64,000 nt of DNA from Escherichia phage ESCO13. Below are positions 29,373 to 38,236 of this stretch, piece after piece. Below the pieces are notes generated by a model. That model was not told the DNA's origin, ran no database searches, and saw nothing but the letters and a program-made list of their open reading frames with translations. The stretch lies in the sequence record NC_047770.1; one strand, written 5' to 3'. Made by a program: the position numbers and the translations under genes. Position 1 is the first letter of the stretch, and the number at the start of each line of letters is the position of its first letter.

Positions 29373-29810
29373 TTAACGTCGCTTGCTACGAGATGAACTC
29401 TTTTTACTTAAAGGGCTATTGTAAGATTTACGAGTTGTATAGCTACTATTTGTTTTAAAAGTTTGTCTCGGCTTTTCATAAGTTTTTATCTCTTGTTTAG
29501 GCTTACTATAAAAATTAGTTTTCGGTTTAGGTGTATTATAATGCTTATTAATAATCGTTCTGTTATCGTTATAATCCCCACTGCTACGATTACTACCGCC
29601 ACTCATCATATGCCCTAACAACATACCTGTAGCAAACTCACCAACACCGCTACTACTAGAACCGCCACCATTGTTGATAATAGTTGTATCTCCGTCAGAT
29701 CCTTGTTGAGCGTATTGTTGAGGAGGTTGTTGGTATTGTGCAGGATTTGTTTCATCCTCGCAAGCTGTTAAAAAGATACAACCAATTAAAATCAGGGCTA
29801 GTTTTTTCAT
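29373..29810 (-). CDS. lipoprotein with Gly-zipper segment
   Basis: Start moved to MKKLALILIGCIFLTAC (lipobox LTAC; RBS GAGGA); GMLLGHMMSGG glycine zipper; basic C-terminus. Confidence 0.55.
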   Translation of the reverse strand: MKKLALILIGCIFLTACEDETNPAQYQQPPQQYAQQGSDGDTTIINNGGGSSSSGVGEFATGMLLGHMMSGGSNRSSGDYNDNRTIINKHYNTPKPKTNFYSKPKQEIKTYEKPRQTFKTNSSYTTRKSYNSPLSKKSSSRSKRR

Positions 29811-29997
29811 ATTTGCTTTCCTCGTTTTGGCTATTAATACATCTGTGTTTGAAATCTCCAGAGAAGCAATAAAGTTGCTCTCCATCTCGGTATAAACTCA
29901 CTTTACTGCCGTTGATTACGCTTGTCAATACAAAAATTACAACAAACAACCCTATTGCAAAACAAATATTTTCAAACACAACCAACAAGTATTTCAT
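29752..29997 (-). CDS. small membrane protein
   Basis: 81 aa; N-terminal TM helix; ATGA overlap with the upstream gene; 3-prime end overlaps the lipoprotein start. Confidence 0.4.
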   Translation of the reverse strand: MKYLLVVFENICFAIGLFVVIFVLTSVINGSKVSLYRDGEQLYCFSGDFKHRCINSQNEESKYEKTSPDFNWLYLFNSLRG

Positions 29998-30344
29998 TTT
30001 AAAAATACCTCATCATCAGTTTCATTATCCCAGAAGAACAAGTCCCAACCATTCGGATCATTCCATTTAGCTGCTGGAGAAGTCCATATTTGCTCGATAT
30101 CAATATTCAAAACTTCACCGTTTCGTTTTGAAACAGCTTTAGTTAATTCCCAACGGGATACAGGCTCCACTTCCCCTGAACCACTCCCACAACAAGCTAC
30201 CACATTAGGAGGCAAATTAATTGGATCTTTGGTCACGATCATAACGCTTACCCCAGGGTAAACTTTTGAAAGATAATCTAAAACGTAATCCACATCACCA
30301 GATAAATCCCAAACAAGTTCTTGAATTTCATCAAAATTACTCAT
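29994..30344 (-). CDS. hypothetical protein
   Basis: 116-aa ORF. Confidence 0.5.
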   Translation of the reverse strand: MSNFDEIQELVWDLSGDVDYVLDYLSKVYPGVSVMIVTKDPINLPPNVVACCGSGSGEVEPVSRWELTKAVSKRNGEVLNIDIEQIWTSPAAKWNDPNGWDLFFWDNETDDEVFLK

Positions 30345-30386
30345 AAGTCTCTCCTATAAAATAGCCTCCCGAAGGAGGCTCATTTA

Positions 30387-31361
30387 TTAAACAGTAGCTT
30401 CTTCTTTTTCAGGGAAGATAAAGCTTGCAATAACACCAAGAGATAATGTGCCTAGAACAATCATCAGACTTACGTTAGGGGAAATATCATGCGGGAGGAA
30501 TGACCACTTGGCATGAAGTGTTTCACCGAACGGGTGATACATAAGTTTAGCACCAACAAACACCAGAACCACAGCAACAGCTTTCTCTAAGTGAACCAGA
30601 TATTTCACAGCTACACTTAACACAAAGAAAAGTGCACGTAAACCAAGAACAGCCATCAGCATTGCAGAATAAACTAGCAGAGGTTCTTGTGTCACACCGA
30701 TCACAGCCGGAACTGAATCAAAAGAGAAGACAATATCTGTAAGCTCAATAACAAACACACAAAGAAGAGCAGGAGTTGCATATTTAATACCATTCTTAAT
30801 GGTGATGAACTTTTCACCATCCAGTGCATTGTGCACAGGCAGAACTTTACCTACTAAACGAACAGCCCAATGTTTAGAGTAATCAATATCCTCTTCTTCG
30901 TCACCACCTTTGATGATAGCCACGGCAGACCAAGCTACAATCAAACCGAACAACACTTGGACCGACCAATGAAGGTTAAACAAAGCGGTCCCTGCTGCAA
31001 CAAAAATACCTCGGAAGACAATGGCTCCTGCAATCCCCCAAAGTAGAATCTTATGTTGGAGATGTGTGCTCTTAATTCCAAAGCTTGCAAAAATTGCCAT
31101 GAACACCATTAGGTTATCTACAGAAAGACTCTTTTCCAACACATAGCCACTTAGGAAAAGCGCGGCAAACTCTTTACCATGTTCTACCCAAATGAATGCG
31201 TAATACCCTAAAGCTAAAGCAATCCAAAAAACAGACCAAAGCAAAGCAGATTTAATTCCAATTTCTTTATTCTCTTTATGACCAAAGAAATCGATACCAA
31301 TAGACAATGCTAAAATACCAACTAAAACAACTACATCAATAATTGGGAAACCGAGTTGCAT
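30387..31361 (-). CDS. terC: TerC-family integral membrane protein
   Basis: 324 aa, multi-TM; hallmark segments LEKSLSVDNL and ELTDIVFSFDSVPAV. Confidence 0.85.
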   Translation of the reverse strand: MQLGFPIIDVVVLVGILALSIGIDFFGHKENKEIGIKSALLWSVFWIALALGYYAFIWVEHGKEFAALFLSGYVLEKSLSVDNLMVFMAIFASFGIKSTHLQHKILLWGIAGAIVFRGIFVAAGTALFNLHWSVQVLFGLIVAWSAVAIIKGGDEEEDIDYSKHWAVRLVGKVLPVHNALDGEKFITIKNGIKYATPALLCVFVIELTDIVFSFDSVPAVIGVTQEPLLVYSAMLMAVLGLRALFFVLSVAVKYLVHLEKAVAVVLVFVGAKLMYHPFGETLHAKWSFLPHDISPNVSLMIVLGTLSLGVIASFIFPEKEEATV

Positions 31362-31378
31362 TCTTTTCTCCTCTCTTT

Positions 31379-31437
31379 GCGGGGAACTATTCCCCGCTTC
31401 ATGTGATATATCTTACTCTTTTTAAGAACTATGTCAA
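31379..31437 (-). promoter_or_regulatory. promoter plus 5-prime hairpin cassette upstream of terC (minus strand)
   Basis: Minus strand reads TTGACA-N16-TAAGAT-ATATCACATGAA-GCGGGGAACTATTCCCCGC then RBS GAGAGGAG and ATG; same architecture as the plus-strand cassettes at 53-63 kb. Confidence 0.55.
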
Positions 31438-31440
31438 CAC

Positions 31441-31662
31441 TTATTTTGTTGAATGAGAGGAAAAGATTCCTCGTAATACCGCCAAAATAAACGAAACACA
31501 AACCACGGTCCAGAAGGTTACTGGGACAGTGATATCTGCATGACCCATAACTTCAGCAACATAGTTGTAAGCCAGCAACAGTAACCAAGCTGGAATCAAA
31601 CTAAGCATAAAAGCAATAACAAAAAAGCTTACCACTGCAACAATACCTGCAAAAACACCCAT
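31441..31662 (-). CDS. small membrane protein
   Basis: 73 aa, two predicted TM helices. Confidence 0.5.
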   Translation of the reverse strand: MGVFAGIVAVVSFFVIAFMLSLIPAWLLLLAYNYVAEVMGHADITVPVTFWTVVCVSFILAVLRGIFSSHSTK

Positions 31663-31674
31663 ACTAATCTCCTC

Positions 31675-32148
31675 TTAAAGTTTATAAATAGTCACATCGT
31701 GACCTGTTTTTACTAAAGTTTCTTCAATCATCACTTGGATGATAGCCCAATTACCTCCGGCATGTCCCGCTCCAATCATAGGTAAACCGATCTTACATTT
31801 TTGGTCACGGAGAAGCAAATCATTAGCCATAGCTATTAGTGCATCGTAAAGTGCATCATAGTCCAACTGACGACCTTTAGCATTGTATCCGTAACGGTAT
31901 TGCCCGTATAGATTATATACCAAAGGGTCTGATTGTTCGTCTGGCACCCCTAAACTAAAAGAACCTAACTTACTTTGATCACCAGCCATTGTGTCTAAAT
32001 CTGCCGCATATGCATAAGGGAATGCTCGTTTAATTTGCGGAGCAATTCCTGCTCCCATATTACACATACAATTGCAACAATGAGCAATAACAGTTACTTC
32101 ACCTGCTTTAGCGGCATCAATAAGATTACCTGTTTTCATTTTAAGCAT
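31675..32148 (-). CDS. macro-domain protein (ADP-ribose binding/processing)
   Basis: Start moved to the ATG at 32148 (RBS AAGGAG); GNLIDAAKAGEVTVIAHCCNCMCNMGAGIAPQIKRAFP matches the macro-domain N-terminal signature. Confidence 0.7.
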   Translation of the reverse strand: MLKMKTGNLIDAAKAGEVTVIAHCCNCMCNMGAGIAPQIKRAFPYAYAADLDTMAGDQSKLGSFSLGVPDEQSDPLVYNLYGQYRYGYNAKGRQLDYDALYDALIAMANDLLLRDQKCKIGLPMIGAGHAGGNWAIIQVMIEETLVKTGHDVTIYKL

Positions 32149-32161
32149 TTTTAGCTCCTTA

Positions 32162-32989
32162 TTACAGAATGTGTTGTTTTGTGTAACGATCCAAGAATTC
32201 AAAGTTTTCAGCATACTTTGAAATTCGGTTGTAACCTTCTCCCAAACATCCGAAGAAAAGTTGCTCTACATAGTAGTGTGGCAATTGGCTAAGAATGATT
32301 TTGAAGTCTTCGTGATTTTGGCCCATAAGATACTTAATAGGACGAACAAGACACTGTGCATCACGTTCTTCATTAATCATTTTAACAAACGCTTCTGGTG
32401 TATTGATGTAGTTAAAATTCAGTTTAGCTTCAGTATCTGCTTGATTACCTTCATATTTTGCAAAATACAAGAAGTAAACATCATTTTTAACTTGATTTTC
32501 ATCAAGAATCTCAATCAGTTTGTCTTCATGAGTTCCGGTGATATTTACATCATCAATGAACACAAGCTTCTTATCACCCCAGAATTCTTTGTTGCAGTAG
32601 AATGTATCCCCATCAATAAGTTTCTTACGACTAGCTTTATCCAAGAAACCATAATCGTTGATATAGCTAACTTTACGATGAATAATATCCAGTTCTGCTG
32701 AACGACCTTGATCATATTGTGCTTGCAACATATTAAAGTAATTAATAAAATGATCTGTCATCATTGTTGCAGCATTGTGCACATGGTTATAAGGAGAAGG
32801 GATGATAACAAATTGTTCCCCAATATGTTTCATTGCCACTTGAGCAAAAAACTGAAGTGCCAATTCTTTACCCATACGACGCGCAGCTTGGTTACTACCA
32901 AATTTCAATTTTGAATAGTCTTTGATATCAAAAGTAGCAGTTTCCAGGTCATCAAATTTATTTGCAAAAATTTGAGTTTGATTACGCAT
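32162..32989 (-). CDS. phosphoribosyltransferase-like protein
   Basis: 275 aa; PRPP-binding-like motif KKLVFIDDVNITGTHEDKL. Confidence 0.5.
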   Translation of the reverse strand: MRNQTQIFANKFDDLETATFDIKDYSKLKFGSNQAARRMGKELALQFFAQVAMKHIGEQFVIIPSPYNHVHNAATMMTDHFINYFNMLQAQYDQGRSAELDIIHRKVSYINDYGFLDKASRKKLIDGDTFYCNKEFWGDKKLVFIDDVNITGTHEDKLIEILDENQVKNDVYFLYFAKYEGNQADTEAKLNFNYINTPEAFVKMINEERDAQCLVRPIKYLMGQNHEDFKIILSQLPHYYVEQLFFGCLGEGYNRISKYAENFEFLDRYTKQHIL

Positions 32990-33638
32990 TTACAATTTCT
33001 CCTCTTTTAAGTTTCTCTAGTAAATCGTTAGGGTTCTTAATATGACAGAAGTTAATCCCTATGTCAACACATTTACCATCAAATTCTTCGCTGTCCCCAA
33101 CATGTAAAATCTCTTCAGCCTTCAAAGGAATGCTTGAATATGTGGCGGTCCTAACAAAGAATCTAGGATCTGGTTTACATAACAGATGTTCGTCTGAAAA
33201 ATGCATAAATTCAAAACAATTCCAACTGTCGAACATACAAGCACGACGCAAAATATCCCCAGATATAAAATTAGTATTGCTTTTAATACTAAGATCATAT
33301 TTACCAGACAAGTATAGCAAACAAACTGGCAAATCTAAAGCGATATGTGGAGGAAATTTAAGAAACCATTGCTCACACTCAAAACGCATTTGTGCAGATT
33401 CTACAGGGGTTAAACCTATCTTTCTTCCCAACATATTCCATGCATATGCTACACCTTCTGCACACCCATTTAGTGCAGCATTATCCATAATTTCTTTGGC
33501 ATCTTTATATGCTTCTTTTGCCGCACGTTCAGACATTCTACCATATGTAGCAATAGTGTGCGTACGTGCATCTGCATAGTTTTGATTGGCAGAAATAAGA
33601 GTATTCCATACATCAAAAGAAATATGTTTTATTGTCAT
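32982..33638 (-). CDS. HAD-superfamily hydrolase
   Basis: Start moved to MTIKHISFDVWNTL; motifs FDVWNT, KPDPRFF and GDSEEFD. Confidence 0.6.
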   Translation of the reverse strand: MTIKHISFDVWNTLISANQNYADARTHTIATYGRMSERAAKEAYKDAKEIMDNAALNGCAEGVAYAWNMLGRKIGLTPVESAQMRFECEQWFLKFPPHIALDLPVCLLYLSGKYDLSIKSNTNFISGDILRRACMFDSWNCFEFMHFSDEHLLCKPDPRFFVRTATYSSIPLKAEEILHVGDSEEFDGKCVDIGINFCHIKNPNDLLEKLKRGEIVNA

Positions 33639-33639
33639 A

Positions 33640-34245
33640 CTAGGCCCACCACGCATCAAGATTTAAGTTACTGTCTACCACAACTTGTTCTATGTGGTAG
33701 CCTTTTATCTGTATCCCACTGTTCAAGAGCATATCATACGCTTCATTGAAACGCAACTTATCTTCTGCGGAATATAAGCGAGCATTATAAAATCGGTAAT
33801 CAATTTCTTCAGCATTAGAAGAAATACGGAAGAAGTTTGTTTCTACTTCGGGATCACTTGCTGAAGTCTTAATGTGAACTTCTCCATAATTTTCTTTACT
33901 TAGATCCATGAAAAGAACACAGGCAACATGTTTAAACATTCGTTCCAGTTTGTAACGAACAACATTGAAACCTGCATTCTCAAGTTTTTCTACACACTGC
34001 AACATTAAAGTAGTGTCGAGATCGCTTTGATACTTTGTTAACATACGATCACGTTGAGACTTTGTATCCCGATGTAAATCAATTGTTGTGCATTTGGCAC
34101 CAATAATCTTAGCTGCTTTCATCAACTCTTCAGAACTAACGTTAGATAAAGTAAGATGAAAATGGGCTTTCCACACTTTTTTAGCAGGGACACCAAAAGA
34201 TTTATCCCCACTATTCGGCATGTTGACTACTACACTATGTTGCAT
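33640..34245 (-). CDS. hypothetical protein (weak 2H-phosphoesterase-like H-x-T motif)
   Basis: 201 aa; AHFHLT motif; function not assignable by eye. Confidence 0.45.
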   Translation of the reverse strand: MQHSVVVNMPNSGDKSFGVPAKKVWKAHFHLTLSNVSSEELMKAAKIIGAKCTTIDLHRDTKSQRDRMLTKYQSDLDTTLMLQCVEKLENAGFNVVRYKLERMFKHVACVLFMDLSKENYGEVHIKTSASDPEVETNFFRISSNAEEIDYRFYNARLYSAEDKLRFNEAYDMLLNSGIQIKGYHIEQVVVDSNLNLDAWWA

Positions 34246-34260
34246 TACTTATCTCCTCAC

Positions 34261-34452
34261 TTAAAATGGAAGTCTTTGAAGTTCATCTCCTCCGATATCA
34301 AGTAATTTAGCAACATCTCGATCAGAAAGCAACTCTTTTCTTTGTAAAATATCCACAAGGGTTGCAAGAATGTCCTTAACGTCCCGATCACTGTTCTTCA
34401 AAAGTTCTCCTGCCGTCCCTACCCTATCTCCTACAGCAAAATATGTAACCAT
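34261..34452 (-). CDS. hypothetical protein
   Basis: Start moved to MVTYFAVGDR (ATG at 34452, RBS GGAGG, 14 nt after the nrdG stop). Confidence 0.45.
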   Translation of the reverse strand: MVTYFAVGDRVGTAGELLKNSDRDVKDILATLVDILQRKELLSDRDVAKLLDIGGDELQRLPF

Positions 34453-34465
34453 AAAACCTCCTACG

Positions 34466-34936
34466 CTAATCTGATTGCCAACCACTCGCCGTTTTGGTCC
34501 ATAATCTTTGATTATCTGACCCTCTGAAAGGTTTTGTGGTTGGATTGTTTATTTCATACTTTCCGTCTACAATAATGTCAACAAGATTTTTAATATACAA
34601 AGGCACTTCCTCAAAAGTATATCCTGTATACACCATTATATCTTTGCTTGACCCATAAACGTCTCTAACCTTTTCTATAAGGTTTTTAACATTGTAAATA
34701 TTCTGCGGATCTAATGGTTCTCCTCCTAAAATTGTTAAACCTTTTACAAACGGTCTTGACAAATCTTTTAAAACTTGCTCTACATTTTCGTTAGTGAACG
34801 GTTTCCCATAAGAATAAGACCAGGCTTTCTGGTTAAAACAGCCACGACAACCGTGGCTACAACCACTAACCCAGAGGGAGCACCTAACTCCCTCACCATT
34901 AATAAGATCTACAGGTTCATATCCTGCAAAATTCAA
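34466..34936 (-). CDS. nrdG: anaerobic ribonucleotide reductase activating protein (radical SAM)
   Basis: 156 aa; CxxxCxxC cluster GCSHGCRGC; ATGA overlap with nrdD. Confidence 0.85.
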   Translation of the reverse strand: MNFAGYEPVDLINGEGVRCSLWVSGCSHGCRGCFNQKAWSYSYGKPFTNENVEQVLKDLSRPFVKGLTILGGEPLDPQNIYNVKNLIEKVRDVYGSSKDIMVYTGYTFEEVPLYIKNLVDIIVDGKYEINNPTTKPFRGSDNQRLWTKTASGWQSD

Positions 34937-36747
34937 AGATGTTTCTCCCTTTGCAAAACTTCCTGCATTTTACCTTTGTTATAAGGCCGTGAATTAGGGG
35001 CAGAAAGATACCCTGATACACGTCTAACTACAGAAATAGTTTCTTCTTCATGGTTGCCACAATTAGGACACTCAAACCCTTTAGCCGTTGCCTTAAATTC
35101 TCCATGAAAACCACACTTAAAGCATTGATCCACGGGCTGATTAATACCAAAATAGTGAATATGTTCATAAGCGTAGTCTACTAAAGTCTCCAAAGCTTCT
35201 AAGTTATTCTTTAAGTTTGGTGTTTCGACATAACTTATGTTACCACCATTGCTAATCTGTGCAAAACCTGCTTCATAATCCCATTTTTCAAAAGGATTTG
35301 TTACCAACCATACAGGTTGATGAAAAGAATTAGTAAGATAGTCTCTTTCTACCAGACCTGGATATTTTTCATTTAAAGCTGTTGCAAATTTATAGCACAA
35401 GGATTCTGCTGGAGTTCCATAAAGACTAAATGCCAACTTAGATCGTTCTTTAAACACAGCACACACATCTTTCATATGTTGCAGAATGTTTTTACCTAGT
35501 TCCTTTTTATCTTTTTCCTCTGGATAAAGGATTTCCAAAGCTTCGGCAAGACCTACATAACCAATACTAATAGAAGCATAACCACCTTCAAACAAAGCAC
35601 CAATTTCATCGTTGGCATTTAAACGCGCTAAAGCCCCTTCCATGAAAAGAATAGGGTTTTCAGATGCTTTGGTATGTCTGATACGGTTTACACGTAGCAT
35701 GTGAGCATCGTAGGCTATCTCCATATGTTTATTAAGAAGATCGGTGAAAGATTCTCCTTTACTTCTCGCTTCCGCAGCAATCAGAGGCAAGTTGATAGAA
35801 ACTACTCCAAGGTTGAATCGTCCATCATATTTTTCTCCTTGTTCGGTGGCATAGTACGACAAAAAGGAACGACAACCCATACTCGTAACGGTACCATCTG
35901 CTGATCCCGTAACTTCTTTGTTCAAAGGAACAGAAATAAAATCTGGATAAATACGATCAGCACAACATGCCAAAGCTTGTTGCTTAAGGTCGTAGTTAGG
36001 ATCACTAGGTTTCATGTTAACACCTTCTTGTAAAAAGAAAATAACTTTAGGGAATACAGGCGTTACATGATCTTTACCTAGACCGTTACTATGCACTTTA
36101 AGATAGTTAGCTGTGATCATTCTGCCAAAAACAGAGGTATCCAGACCCATACTGATTGTAATAAAAGGAGATTGTCCATTAACACTCATTAAAGTGTTAA
36201 CCTGATACAAAAGAGTTTGCATAGCGTCATATACATCTTGTTCGGTCATTTCTAGGGCTTCTTTCCTTGCATAACAACCGTAGCGACGTTTGGTTATCTC
36301 CATGTTTTTAAGGAAACTGGCTTCAACATAAGGACTAAGACCTTTATCAATGTGCGCACACGTCTGACCTCCATACTGACTGGAGGCAACAGCTTGGATG
36401 ATTTGAGTTAGCACTGTAGTAGCTACTCCAATAGATTTTGGTTTTTCTATCTGTGCAGCACCGATCTTAAAACCATTCTCTAACATATCTTGATAATTAA
36501 CAAGACAACAGTTTGTAAGAGGAGAGAGCAGATAATCCAAGTCGTGAATATGTCCAAAACCTTCTGTATGCCATTCTGACAAGTTTTTTGGCAGTATCTG
36601 TGTCATTGCCATATGTTTGCTTAAAATCCCCGCCAAGAGATCCCTGTGCGTGTTAACAAGGTGGGAAGGTTTGTTTGCATTCTCTCTAGTGTATGTTTCT
36701 GAAGTGCGATCTAAAAAAGAAAAAACATCTTGGTACAAATCTTTCAT
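34933..36747 (-). CDS. nrdD: anaerobic ribonucleoside-triphosphate reductase (class III)
   Basis: 604 aa; C-terminal zinc ribbon CFKCG...CPNCG and glycyl-radical-type motif RRVSGYLSAPNSRPYNKGK. Confidence 0.85.
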   Translation of the reverse strand: MKDLYQDVFSFLDRTSETYTRENANKPSHLVNTHRDLLAGILSKHMAMTQILPKNLSEWHTEGFGHIHDLDYLLSPLTNCCLVNYQDMLENGFKIGAAQIEKPKSIGVATTVLTQIIQAVASSQYGGQTCAHIDKGLSPYVEASFLKNMEITKRRYGCYARKEALEMTEQDVYDAMQTLLYQVNTLMSVNGQSPFITISMGLDTSVFGRMITANYLKVHSNGLGKDHVTPVFPKVIFFLQEGVNMKPSDPNYDLKQQALACCADRIYPDFISVPLNKEVTGSADGTVTSMGCRSFLSYYATEQGEKYDGRFNLGVVSINLPLIAAEARSKGESFTDLLNKHMEIAYDAHMLRVNRIRHTKASENPILFMEGALARLNANDEIGALFEGGYASISIGYVGLAEALEILYPEEKDKKELGKNILQHMKDVCAVFKERSKLAFSLYGTPAESLCYKFATALNEKYPGLVERDYLTNSFHQPVWLVTNPFEKWDYEAGFAQISNGGNISYVETPNLKNNLEALETLVDYAYEHIHYFGINQPVDQCFKCGFHGEFKATAKGFECPNCGNHEEETISVVRRVSGYLSAPNSRPYNKGKMQEVLQREKHL

Positions 36748-36823
36748 TATTAATCCTTATTTTGTGAGTAGAACTATTATTCTACCTCTTTCAACCGAAA
36801 AAAGCTTTGAGGGAAATCAAAAA

Positions 36824-36843
36824 AGGCGCAAAGTGCGCCTTTA
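36824..36843 (-). terminator. rho-independent terminator
   Basis: Minus strand AAAGGCGCAC-TTTG-CGCCTTTTTT after the 36851 gene. Confidence 0.5.
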
Positions 36844-36850
36844 AGTTTTA

Positions 36851-38236
36851 TCATTTGGAGAGGAATTGTCTTCCCATGATCTTACCGTTCTTCACAGCGG
36901 TCCCATCGTGTCCATTGTAATCCCAGGTTCCATCGATATTACGCAAGAAGCTATCACGAACAGTATAGGCTTTACCGTTCTCTACTTTACTTTCTTCCAC
37001 AATGATTGCCATAACAAGCTTATTTTCAATTTCGGTAGTAACCGATTCTTTGATACCCTCTGTAACTTCACGATCATATTGGATATAAACTCGCTCCTCG
37101 GTTACTTGCACGTCTACCACATTTTTAAATGTGTAGGTCTGTTGCGTAGTGTAGAGGACACGAACGACACTCTTCTTACCTACCGGAGGCTTCTTACGAG
37201 GCTTACGGTAACGTGGTTTAGGGTTGTTAGTTGGAAGCCAACCAACAATATCCCGATCATATCCAACATGACCCCAAGTGAAATGCGTAGCCGATCCACT
37301 ATCCGTAGTTCCGTCACGAAAGAGAACTTCTACGTGACCACCACAAGGGCGGTGTCCACCATTATTATAGTTGTATTTTGCCGTGCGCGGGAGAATGAAG
37401 TATTCTTTAATCGCCCACTCTTCCAGATTGTCGATATTCCAAGTGAATACTGTTCCCTTAGCAACATCTGTTTGACCATTGTTGAAGCGAACCTGCACGA
37501 AATCTTCCGAAGGCATAACACCTGTGTTCGGCAGATATTCAAATGCAGTATCTTCCGCTACAAACTGTTCTTCCTCTTGCTCCTCAATACTTGGCACAGG
37601 CGCAGCTTCATCGTATTTCGCAGCAAACATATTTTTAAATTCTTGAGCCGTGACTTCTACAAGGCCGCGATCACCAGTAGCAGCAGAGTGTGGGCGTGGT
37701 AAATCCCCAACTTCAATATGCATTGCATCTAAGCCTGCTTGACGATCAAAGAAGATAACCTTGCGGAATTGTTTATCTTTATATTGTGGCAGTTCATACA
37801 TACTTGGATCGATTGTCTTCAAACGTTCAGCATCTTCTGGCTTCCAGAAGCTTTTACCTGTTGCAAATCTAAAGTCTACCAGTAGTTTAACAACATCTCC
37901 TAATGATAAACTATCTGCATCTACGAAAACGTCTTCGATTCCCAATAACCCTGATTTCTTAAGAATCAAATCTAACATGTAACCTCCTGTGGTTTGTTCT
38001 GCGTCTGGATAACGATCAACACTGGTGCTGGTTACACCGTTTATTTCACCAGTGGAGGCATTGTAGGAAATATATGGGAAGGTCATATCGTTCATTGCAA
38101 AATCACCTGAACAGGTTGGATCATCTTCTCCCTCCCAGCCATACACCTTCACAATACCTTCACACAATTTGTCATACACACCAGCGCGACGTGCTGCTTC
38201 AGCAACTTCCTGTTTACGGGCAAATTTATTAATCAT
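36851..38236 (-). CDS. hypothetical protein (461 aa)
   Basis: Start moved to MINKFARKQ (RBS AGGAGG); no recognisable motif. Confidence 0.55.
   Translation of the reverse strand: MINKFARKQEVAEAARRAGVYDKLCEGIVKVYGWEGEDDPTCSGDFAMNDMTFPYISYNASTGEINGVTSTSVDRYPDAEQTTGGYMLDLILKKSGLLGIEDVFVDADSLSLGDVVKLLVDFRFATGKSFWKPEDAERLKTIDPSMYELPQYKDKQFRKVIFFDRQAGLDAMHIEVGDLPRPHSAATGDRGLVEVTAQEFKNMFAAKYDEAAPVPSIEEQEEEQFVAEDTAFEYLPNTGVMPSEDFVQVRFNNGQTDVAKGTVFTWNIDNLEEWAIKEYFILPRTAKYNYNNGGHRPCGGHVEVLFRDGTTDSGSATHFTWGHVGYDRDIVGWLPTNNPKPRYRKPRKKPPVGKKSVVRVLYTTQQTYTFKNVVDVQVTEERVYIQYDREVTEGIKESVTTEIENKLVMAIIVEESKVENGKAYTVRDSFLRNIDGTWDYNGHDGTAVKNGKIMGRQFLSK

Noticed and set aside
34933-36747. Ser in the NrdD C-terminal motif (RRVSGYL) where I recall a Cys in the canonical glycyl-radical motif, as a sign of an inactive enzyme
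   Set aside because: I cannot verify the canonical residue from memory with confidence, and the radical Gly and the zinc ribbon are present; not reported as a finding.
36866-37702. Plus-strand 278-aa track ORF antisense to the 461-aa minus-strand gene
   Set aside because: Shadow ORF; the whole surrounding block is transcribed on the minus strand with coupled overlaps.
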